A stretch of 52,655 bases of DNA, taken from positions 1-52,655 of the forward strand of contig CAJWKT010000001.1 of the NCBI GenBank assembly GCA_913041665.1, given 5' to 3'. Of the stretch, positions 6,713 through 14,332 are shown in pieces. The notes below the pieces were generated by a model, which made no database searches, was not told where the DNA came from, and worked only from the letters and a program-made list of their open reading frames with translations. The stretch's first letter is position 1. Each line of letters starts with the position of its first letter. The position numbers and the translations under genes are program-made. The stretch is from an uncultured Gammaproteobacteria bacterium (GTDB lineage Bacteria > Pseudomonadota > Gammaproteobacteria > Steroidobacterales > Rariloculaceae).

Positions 6713-8131
6713 TTGGTCAGCAAATTGAACAATACGCTTACAAGACAAAAAATGAGGTCGCTCTCGGAGGGCATTCCGAATATTTCGGTTCGCTTAGACC
6801 GTCTAAACAGGCTGATGTATATGATGATTGAATTTCAGGATCATATACCCGATGCGTTGGTTGAAGATTTTGGTCACCGTTCCCCCATCGTTTCAAAATT
6901 TTCTGATATCGCGGCGGTTCTGGATTCAATCCGGTACATTAAGAAGAATTTAAAAAGATGGATGGAGCCAGATATTCGCTTTGCTGCGTCTCCGTTTAAT
7001 TTGTTCGGCGCAAAAGCATACGTCCAATATCAGCCAGTGGGTAGCGTTGGGGTAATAAGTCCTTGGAACTACCCATTCAATTTAACAATTGGACCGCTTG
7101 CAGCGGTTCTCTCGGCCGGGAATCGGGCGATGATTAAGCCCTCCGAGCTTACTCCGAAGTCTTCTAATTTAATGAAGCGGATGATTTCGGAGTATTTTGA
7201 GCCGGAGGAGATAGCTGTTGTTTTAGGGGATGGTTCTGTAGGAGAAGAGTTTTCAAAATTAGCGTTCGACCATCTTTTTTTTACGGGTTCGACCGCTGTC
7301 GCCAAGAAGATAATGGCAGCAGCAGCAACCCATCTAGTCCCAGTAACATTGGAACTAGGGGGTAAGTCCCCGGTAATTGTGGGTTGTTCAGCCGACCTCA
7401 AAACTGTTGCAGACCGTGTGTGGAACGGAAAATTGATGAATGGTGGCCAGACTTGTATTGCTCCAGACTATCTTTTTATTCCGGAAGCGCATCTGGAGTC
7501 TTGGATCGAGGCGTCTACAAACTCTATAGCCTCGATGTTTCCTTTGATTTTTAAGAATGAAAACTATACTTCCATAATCAATGTAAATCACTTTGAGCGC
7601 TTACAGAAATATTTGGAGGATGCCAGAAGAAGAGGGGCACAAATCATAGAATTTAATCCCGGCAGGGAGGAGGAATTGGACCGCACATACTACAAGCTGA
7701 TGCCGTCAATGATTGTAGATGTGACTGACGATATGCTGGTGATGAAAGAGGAAATCTTTGGGCCAATTATGCCGATCAAGACGTACCGAAAAATTGATGA
7801 TGCTATTCAGTACATTAACAACCGGAGCAAGCCCCTGAGCCTATACTATTTCGGGCAAGATAAAACAGAAGAAACTCATGTTTTGGAAAATACTATATCG
7901 GGCGGGGTGTCGATCAATGATGTTATTTTTCACTATGTACAGGATGACCTACCTTTTGGGGGTGTTGGTGCCAGCGGTATGGGCCGTTATCATGGAATCG
8001 AGGGATTTAAAACATTCAGTAATCCTAGGGCGGTTTACAGGCAGACGCCGATCGACTTTATTTTGAAAATTATGAGGCCACCTTTTGGGCATTTATTTAA
8101 AAGAGTTATTTCTTCCCGGATAAAATTTTAG
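6713..8131 (+). CDS. Aldehyde dehydrogenase, class-3 / coniferyl-aldehyde-dehydrogenase-like
   Basis: Motifs ELGGKSP, GQTCIAPDY (catalytic Cys), EEIFGPIMPI and PFGGVGASGMGRYHG. The start is uncertain (TTG 6713 or ATG 6752). An upstream ATG at 6699 is in another frame. Confidence 0.85.
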   Translation: MVSKLNNTLTRQKMRSLSEGIPNISVRLDRLNRLMYMMIEFQDHIPDALVEDFGHRSPIVSKFSDIAAVLDSIRYIKKNLKRWMEPDIRFAASPFNLFGAKAYVQYQPVGSVGVISPWNYPFNLTIGPLAAVLSAGNRAMIKPSELTPKSSNLMKRMISEYFEPEEIAVVLGDGSVGEEFSKLAFDHLFFTGSTAVAKKIMAAAATHLVPVTLELGGKSPVIVGCSADLKTVADRVWNGKLMNGGQTCIAPDYLFIPEAHLESWIEASTNSIASMFPLIFKNENYTSIINVNHFERLQKYLEDARRRGAQIIEFNPGREEELDRTYYKLMPSMIVDVTDDMLVMKEEIFGPIMPIKTYRKIDDAIQYINNRSKPLSLYYFGQDKTEETHVLENTISGGVSINDVIFHYVQDDLPFGGVGASGMGRYHGIEGFKTFSNPRAVYRQTPIDFILKIMRPPFGHLFKRVISSRIKF

Positions 8132-8210
8132 TAGTGGATATTAGAAAAATTAAATCAACCATTGGACTAGAACACAATAATAGTCCGTTAAGCAAAAAAG
8201 GAGATTTACT

Positions 8211-8699
8211 ATGCGCAGTATTTATTTTTTTCTTATTGGTGTATTAGCAACATTGGCACTTCAAGCGGCGATTGCCCAGAATCAAGGGTGGGGCGCTGTG
8301 CGTATTAATCACGTTGGAATAAGCGTTCCTGATATTGAGGAAGCGGTAACTTATTACACTGAAATCATGGGCTTTCAAGAGGCGTTCCGTGGGATTAGAG
8401 ATAATGGCGAGGTATCTTTGGTTTACCTTCAGGTTAGTGAAAATACTTTTTTAGAAATAGGCGGTAATAACGCTCAGCGACAAACAAGTTTGACGCATTT
8501 CGGTGTACATGTGGAAGATATTGACGAGTCCATCGAGTTCTTTAGGGGCCAGGGGTTCGAGGTAGCCGATGCCAGACTGAGCTCAAACTCTAAGGCTTAT
8601 ATTACCAATGTCATAGACCCCGATGGAATTCGAATGGAACTGGCTGAGCTCAACGAAGATTCTCTGGTAACAAAGGCGATGAACGCATGGAATGACTAG
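8211..8699 (+). CDS. VOC (glyoxalase/bleomycin-resistance/dioxygenase) family protein with N-terminal signal-like sequence
   Basis: VRINHVGISVPDIEEAVTYYTEIMGF is a typical VOC module start. The N-terminus MRSIYFFLIGVLATLALQAAIAQ looks like a Sec signal peptide. AAAGGAG is the SD. Confidence 0.7.
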   Translation: MRSIYFFLIGVLATLALQAAIAQNQGWGAVRINHVGISVPDIEEAVTYYTEIMGFQEAFRGIRDNGEVSLVYLQVSENTFLEIGGNNAQRQTSLTHFGVHVEDIDESIEFFRGQGFEVADARLSSNSKAYITNVIDPDGIRMELAELNEDSLVTKAMNAWND

Positions 8700-8729
8700 C
8701 TCCATAAAATAGGTTGTTCTGGCAGCAAG

Positions 8730-9638
8730 ATGACTACAGAGATTATTTCATTTGTATTATTGCTATTAGTTTTAGCAGCAGTAGTTTGTAATCTCTATCT
8801 CACTAACAAGTGGCGTGACAAAAGCCACGAATTACTTGGTGAGCAAAAGACAGCGTTGCACGATCTGGACCAATCCTTAAAGAATCAAAAGGATTCTTTA
8901 GGAAATTTAGTGAGTGATATTCAGTCCTTCCAGGAGCCTTTGAGCAAACTGCGTCGCTATCTTTCCGGGGGCACGCTAGCGGGTACTTTTGGAGAGTGGT
9001 CTCTTGAGGCCATTGTCTCTGATATTTTTTCTTCGAATAGATATGAAAAAAATGTCGAAATAACGCTCGGTTCTGGCAAGCGAGTTGAATTTGTTATTAA
9101 GCTGCCAGAGGGCCTATTACCCATCGATGCAAAGTTTCCTTCAGCGTTGTATGACAATTATATTGAGGCTGCTGATGCGGGCAACAGAGATCAAGTTAGG
9201 GATGCGGAGAATGCTATAAAGCGCCGGGTTATCAGTGATGCAGCAGACATTAAGGAAAAATACGTTCAGACTGGTATCACCATAGATCTGGGAATTATGT
9301 ATATTCCGAGCGAAAGCCTCATGCAACTGATTGATCGCTTGGATGGATTGCGGGAACAAGTTTTCAGTGATTCCCGTGTGCTGATTCTGGGCCCAAACTC
9401 ACTCGCGGCTTATCTCATAAGCATTCACATGGGTTTTAGGACCTTGTCATTAAATGAGAGGGCTGGCGAGATCCTAGAGGAATTCGGTAAGCTGAAAAAG
9501 GAGTTCGAAAAATTTGGTAGCACCACCACCGATCTCAAAAAGAAAGCCGAAGCGTTGCTTAAGGAAGTGGATGAATATGCCATCCGGGAGCGGCAGATGA
9601 AAAAGGCAATTGATCGCATGGACCAACTTGATCAATAG
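8730..9638 (+). CDS. rmuC: RmuC-family DNA recombination protein (short form, 302 aa)
   Basis: N-terminal TM helix and a short coiled-coil-like segment. Then LPIDAKFPSALYDNY...IKEKYVQTGITIDLGIMYIPSESL matches the RmuC core (vIDsK..L.aY ... KY ... DFv.MFiP.E). Confidence 0.7.
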   Translation: MTTEIISFVLLLLVLAAVVCNLYLTNKWRDKSHELLGEQKTALHDLDQSLKNQKDSLGNLVSDIQSFQEPLSKLRRYLSGGTLAGTFGEWSLEAIVSDIFSSNRYEKNVEITLGSGKRVEFVIKLPEGLLPIDAKFPSALYDNYIEAADAGNRDQVRDAENAIKRRVISDAADIKEKYVQTGITIDLGIMYIPSESLMQLIDRLDGLREQVFSDSRVLILGPNSLAAYLISIHMGFRTLSLNERAGEILEEFGKLKKEFEKFGSTTTDLKKKAEALLKEVDEYAIRERQMKKAIDRMDQLDQ

Positions 9639-9647
9639 AAAATCTAG

Positions 9648-11084
9648 TTGATAAAAAATTTGACCAGGAAAATTACACAAGACTGGAAGGATTGGATTCA
9701 GCTCAATATGAATCGCGGCTGTGATCTTGGGGGGATCTACAAAATCCTCTTGGACGAGGGATTCGATTCAAAAGACATTGAAAATGAAATGAATTTTGTA
9801 CCTCTGGTTGACTCGTCCGAGATCATCAATCCGCTAAAGTGCATTGATAAAGATAATCCAAAGATTACGGTTTACTCTGAGCCTGCGCAAAAGGTAGACC
9901 AGGAAAAAATCTTTATCCCCAATGCCGACCAACTAGATACGAGGAAGGCTGAATTCTACACGTTGGAAAATTTTCTGAATGCTGACGAATGTAACCAGGT
10001 TACTCAGCTAATTAAATCAAAACTTCGCCCGTCAGCTATAGCCAGCAGCGGCACATATGATCCGACCTTTAGAACCAGCAGGACCTGTGATCTGGGTGTC
10101 ATGAGCGATCCTTTGATTGCGGATGTTGACCGACGGCTCTGCCAGATGATAGGAATCGACTCGTCATTTTCTGAGATCATCCAAGGCCAGTATTATGAAA
10201 AAGGGCAGGAATTCAAAGCCCATACAGATTATTTTGAGGGTGAACAAATTGAGCAGTATGCCAAAGTGCGGGGCCAGAGAACCTACACTTTTATGGTGTA
10301 TTTGAATGAGGTAGAGCAGGGGGGTGAAACGGAATTCGTCCGACTTAAAAAAACAATCCAGCCTAGGAAAGGCATGGCAATCATCTGGAACAACCTGAAT
10401 GCTGATGGCTCGTGTAATGTCAATACTATGCATCACGCACACCCAGTGGGGAGGGGATGGAAGTCCATTATCACCAAGTGGTTTCGTACCAAGGGTAACG
10501 GGGCTATGTTCACCAAGGAACCCAATGAGTACATAAAAAATTACACGGAAATTGGTTTTAAGAAGGACAAATTAGATGAAGGTTTATTCAAAAAACTCCT
10601 CGCATTCCATTCAGCCCACCAGAACGCTAAGCAATCGGAGCATGTGGAGGGGGGCTACATAGAGGTTCCAGGCACTACCCAGCCGGGAAGTGATCTGATT
10701 GAGTTGCCGGAGGATTTGCGGGACGCAATACACGCATCCCTGAAGAAGCCTCTGGAAGAGTGGAGCCGGATCAAATTGCTGCCAACGTTTGTTTATGGGA
10801 TCAGGGTTTATAGAAAGGGATCGGTTCTAAATCCCCACAGAGATCAATTAAAAACTCATATTATCAGTGCTATCATCAACATAGACCAGGACGTAGAAAA
10901 AGCGTGGCCACTGGTCATTGAGGACAATTTTTATCGAAAGCACAACGTATTCCTGGAGCCCGGAGAGATTGTGTTTTATGAAAGTGGTCGGTTGCTCCAT
11001 GGTCGGCCTATTCCTTTAAAAGGAATTAAATTCGCAAACATTTTTTGCCATTTCATGCCCGTTGTTAGTGATCAGCACTCCTAG
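9648..11084 (+). CDS. Two-domain 2OG-Fe(II) oxygenase (prolyl-4-hydroxylase-like domain plus a second HxD...H domain)
   Basis: Domain 1: KAHTDYF ... RTYTFMVYLNEVEQGGETEF ... HHAHPV ... K (P4Hc-like). Domain 2: NPHRDQ ... GRLLHGRP with a putative HxD...H triad. The gene starts 9 nt after rmuC. Confidence 0.7.
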   Translation: MIKNLTRKITQDWKDWIQLNMNRGCDLGGIYKILLDEGFDSKDIENEMNFVPLVDSSEIINPLKCIDKDNPKITVYSEPAQKVDQEKIFIPNADQLDTRKAEFYTLENFLNADECNQVTQLIKSKLRPSAIASSGTYDPTFRTSRTCDLGVMSDPLIADVDRRLCQMIGIDSSFSEIIQGQYYEKGQEFKAHTDYFEGEQIEQYAKVRGQRTYTFMVYLNEVEQGGETEFVRLKKTIQPRKGMAIIWNNLNADGSCNVNTMHHAHPVGRGWKSIITKWFRTKGNGAMFTKEPNEYIKNYTEIGFKKDKLDEGLFKKLLAFHSAHQNAKQSEHVEGGYIEVPGTTQPGSDLIELPEDLRDAIHASLKKPLEEWSRIKLLPTFVYGIRVYRKGSVLNPHRDQLKTHIISAIINIDQDVEKAWPLVIEDNFYRKHNVFLEPGEIVFYESGRLLHGRPIPLKGIKFANIFCHFMPVVSDQHS

Positions 11085-11117
11085 GAACAATTACAAAAGG
11101 GGCAAGGAAGATAGATT

Positions 11118-12176
11118 GTGGAAAACTGGCTAATCTACGGTGCGAATGGTTACACAGGTGAGCTAATCGCCCTGAAATCTGTGGCCTCAGGAATGAGTCC
11201 AATACTAGCGGGGCGAAACAAAGAGGAAATCCGGTCACTCGCAGAGAGTCTTGGTCTATCTCATCGTATTTTTTCTCTGCAGGATATTGACGTGGTGAAA
11301 AAGCATATTGGGGACGTTGCAGTTGTTCTGCATTGTGCCGGCCCATTTTCAAAAACGGCTCCAGCAATGATGCAAGCTTGCCTGGAAAGCGGCACCCATT
11401 ATTTGGATATCACCGGTGAGATTGCTGTTTTTGAGGCGGCCCAGCGTTTAGCCAAAAAGGCAGAAGAGAATAAGGTCGTGCTTTGTCCTGGTGTAGGAAT
11501 GGACGTGATTCCGACTGATTGTGTTGCGGCGCAATTAAAATTAAAGATGCCAGATGCTACCTGTCTGAAATTGGGTATTGACTTCAGAGGGTCCCTGAGC
11601 CGGGGAACAGCTAAAACTTCTGTGGAAGGTGCAGCTAAAGGGGGAAAGATAAGGAAAGAAGGAAAGATACTGACGGTTCCTTTGGCTCATAAGCAGAGTT
11701 GGATCGATTTCGGGAACGGAGAAAAATTTTCGATGACCATTCCGTGGGGCGATGTATCTACTGCGTATTGGACAACAGGGATCCCAAATATTGAGGTCTA
11801 TATACCAACAACAAGAAAAGCTTTTCGGGCCCTGAAAGCGCTAAATTACATTCGAGCCTTTTTGGGCCTTGGCTGGGTACAGAGAATGTTAAAAAAGCTA
11901 ATTGACCAGAGGCCCCGGGGTCCCACCGACGAGCAGCGAAAGGTATCTAGAACGCATGTTTGGGGTGAAGTAAAAAACCGCGCAGGACAAAAGCTATGCT
12001 GTCGAATAACCATGGCCAATGGCTATGATGTGACGGTCGATGGTTCCATCGCATGTGTTTCTCATCTTCTAAATGAAGCTGGTGTGGTGGGTACGTTAAC
12101 GCCATCCCAACTTTTGGGGCCTGATCTTATAGAGACCCTACCGGGCTCTACCACATTTGTATTTGGGGTAGACTAA
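11118..12176 (+). CDS. Saccharopine-dehydrogenase-like NAD(P)-binding oxidoreductase
   Basis: The N-terminal Rossmann motif LIYGANGYTGELIA, the 352-aa length and the overall pattern fit the saccharopine dehydrogenase NADP-binding family. GTG start. Confidence 0.65.
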   Translation: MENWLIYGANGYTGELIALKSVASGMSPILAGRNKEEIRSLAESLGLSHRIFSLQDIDVVKKHIGDVAVVLHCAGPFSKTAPAMMQACLESGTHYLDITGEIAVFEAAQRLAKKAEENKVVLCPGVGMDVIPTDCVAAQLKLKMPDATCLKLGIDFRGSLSRGTAKTSVEGAAKGGKIRKEGKILTVPLAHKQSWIDFGNGEKFSMTIPWGDVSTAYWTTGIPNIEVYIPTTRKAFRALKALNYIRAFLGLGWVQRMLKKLIDQRPRGPTDEQRKVSRTHVWGEVKNRAGQKLCCRITMANGYDVTVDGSIACVSHLLNEAGVVGTLTPSQLLGPDLIETLPGSTTFVFGVD

Positions 12177-12269
12177 GAAAAGTATCAGCAGGGACATCGA
12201 GCGCGGTACTCTTGACTCATCAGCCACAGAAAAGGCAAATTTGTCTAAGTGACGGGTTAATATAGTTTC

Positions 12270-13508
12270 ATGGACACTTCCTCTTTAATTGCTTTAGCAA
12301 TACCGGTCTTTTTTCTCTTAATACTGTGTGAGTATTTGTTTGGCCTTTTTACCGGTAACAATACCTATAGACTGAATGATACTTTTGCAAGTGTATCTCT
12401 TGGCATGATTAGCCGCTTTCCACCCATGTTAAATCTGGGTTTTCAGGGCGCAATATTTGCGTACGCAGCCAGCCATCTAAATTTGACACTTATGCCCACG
12501 GAAAGCTGGGTGACGTGGACAATTGCTTTCGTGCTCTATGATCTTACCTATTACTGGATGCACAGACTCCATCACAAAATTAAGGTACTTTGGGCAACCC
12601 ACGTGGTTCACCATCAAGGCGAAGAATTCAATTTGTCGACAGCGCTGAGACAAACAAGTTCGGGATTCCTATGGAAATGGATCTTTTTTATCCCGATGTT
12701 TGTACTGGGGGTACCAGCAGAGGTTTTTGTGACAGTGGGTGCGCTTAACCTTCTTTATCAGTTCTGGGTTCATACCGAACATGTACCGAAACTGGGTATT
12801 TTTGAGACAGTTTTTGTGACCCCCTCAAATCATCGTGTTCACCATGCTCAGAATAAGGAATATATTGACGCCAATTACGGGGGTGTTTTTATTCTCTGGG
12901 ACAGGATTTTTGGGACCTTTATTGAGGAGAAGGCCGACCTAAGTCCCGTGTACGGAACTGTAAAACCGCTTCATAGCTGGAATCCGGTCTGGGCCAACAT
13001 AGAGATTTTTCATCAGATGATAAGAGACACGATTTATGCAAAATCAGCCAAAGATAAAGTAAGAGTTTGGTTTTCAGACACAAGCTGGAGGCCGGCTGAT
13101 GCAGAGAAAAGGTTTCCCAAAAAAATAAATAATTTGGATGACTTCAAAAAATATAATCCTGTGATTTCTAAGAATGTAAAAGTATATGGGTTCGTGCAGT
13201 TCTTCATCCTTAATGTAATCGCGCTCGTGATGTTTTTTACATTGGACCGTCAAGGTTACGGGGAAACAGTTTTGTTGGGCACGATCTTGGTAGTCTCACT
13301 GACAAGTGTTTCCATGGTATTTGAGAATGTACAAGGATCAAGCTTGATCGAGTTAGTGCGCGCTGGTCTATTGCTGGTGATTTTTTTTACTGGCCTTATT
13401 GATTCATCTCTTCTTGTATCTCAAATTCTCGTTGTGTCTGCTTTGATGAATATCATTCTGATCAGTATTCTTTTTCCCGTTAGAAAAATATTCCTTTTAG
13501 CTAAATAA
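12270..13508 (+). CDS. Fatty-acid-hydroxylase superfamily membrane protein, alkylglycerol monooxygenase (AGMO)-like
   Basis: Histidine boxes HRLHH, HVVHH and HRVHH. The blocks EEFNLSTALRQ, LNLLYQFWVHTE, TPSNHRVHH and IDANYGGVFILWDRIFGTF, plus the C-terminal multi-TM tail, parallel the human AGMO/TMEM195 sequence as I remember it. The generic annotation would be sterol desaturase family. Confidence 0.6.
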   Translation: MDTSSLIALAIPVFFLLILCEYLFGLFTGNNTYRLNDTFASVSLGMISRFPPMLNLGFQGAIFAYAASHLNLTLMPTESWVTWTIAFVLYDLTYYWMHRLHHKIKVLWATHVVHHQGEEFNLSTALRQTSSGFLWKWIFFIPMFVLGVPAEVFVTVGALNLLYQFWVHTEHVPKLGIFETVFVTPSNHRVHHAQNKEYIDANYGGVFILWDRIFGTFIEEKADLSPVYGTVKPLHSWNPVWANIEIFHQMIRDTIYAKSAKDKVRVWFSDTSWRPADAEKRFPKKINNLDDFKKYNPVISKNVKVYGFVQFFILNVIALVMFFTLDRQGYGETVLLGTILVVSLTSVSMVFENVQGSSLIELVRAGLLLVIFFTGLIDSSLLVSQILVVSALMNIILISILFPVRKIFLLAK

Positions 13509-13564
13509 GGAAAGTATTTTCCCGTCTTCCCGTGAAGGGTGTGTTGTCTTTTCTTCTGCTGCCG

Positions 13565-14332
13565 CTAGAGAGAGAATTCCGCAACGACAGGCGTGTGATC
13601 GGACGGCCGCTCAAGTTTTCTCGGTTCGGTATCTATCCTGCAGTAACTGCAGGCTTGACTCAGACTTTTGGAAGCCAGTATTAGATCAATTCTAAGTCCC
13701 CGATTGCGGCGAAAGGCCGCAGCCCGATAATCCCACCAGCTGAAACTCTTATCCTCCTGATCAAATAGTCGAAATACATCGGTGAGTCCAAGTTTCTTGA
13801 TGCGCTCTAAAGCCGCACGCTCCAAGGGGCTGACCAGAATATCATCTTCCCAGGCCGCTGGGTCATGTACATCGTTATCTTCCGGGGCGATGTTAAAATC
13901 CCCTAATACAACTAGTCGCTCATAATGCGCAAGGTCATCTGCTAGCTGGAGATCTAATTTTTTAAGCCATTGCAATTTGTATTGGTATTTTTCGCTATCA
14001 ATACTCTGACCATTAGGAACATAGAGATTGAGTATCCTTATCTTGCCATAGGTTGCTCCGAGAACACGATGCTGAGGATCCTGCATCCCTTTGAGATTTG
14101 TCAGCACGTCTGTGGGAGTTTCGCGGCTGATTAGGGCAACGCCGTTGTAAGTTGGTTGTCCGCTGAACAGAGTTTGATAGCCGAGTGCTTCAAAGGCAGC
14201 GGATGGGAAATTCTCGTCGGTGAGTTTTGTTTCTTGGAGCGCTAAAAAGTCCGGATTAACCTTACCAAGCCAATCACACACTTGCTCTAAACGAACGCGA
14301 AGACTGTTCACGTTCCAGGTGGCTATCTTCAT
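13565..14332 (-). CDS. xthA: Exodeoxyribonuclease III
   Basis: MKIATWNVNSLRVR N-terminus, LQETK, GDFNIAP and the SDHTPV C-terminal motif. The start overlaps the prlC stop (ATGA). Confidence 0.92.
   Translation of the reverse strand: MKIATWNVNSLRVRLEQVCDWLGKVNPDFLALQETKLTDENFPSAAFEALGYQTLFSGQPTYNGVALISRETPTDVLTNLKGMQDPQHRVLGATYGKIRILNLYVPNGQSIDSEKYQYKLQWLKKLDLQLADDLAHYERLVVLGDFNIAPEDNDVHDPAAWEDDILVSPLERAALERIKKLGLTDVFRLFDQEDKSFSWWDYRAAAFRRNRGLRIDLILASKSLSQACSYCRIDTEPRKLERPSDHTPVVAEFSL

Larger units (their letters stand above)
3378..13540 (+). other. Candidate flexible genomic island (accessory genes, all on the + strand, lower GC)
   Basis: It starts right after the tRNA-like fragment and ends at the convergent junction with xthA. 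Gene content is a patchwork of non-housekeeping functions. Individual 60-nt lines I hand-counted gave about 22-35% GC in yaaA against about 53% in topA. No integrase or transposase is seen. Confidence 0.4.

Noticed and set aside
6699-6752. A possible frameshift at the ALDH 5' end. An ATG at 6699 in another frame runs into a TGA at 6726.
   Set aside because: The TTG at 6713 gives an N-terminus (..LNNTLTRQK..) that already resembles ALDH3-type N-termini. Without reads or homolog alignment, a sequencing frameshift cannot be supported, so I noted only that the start is uncertain.
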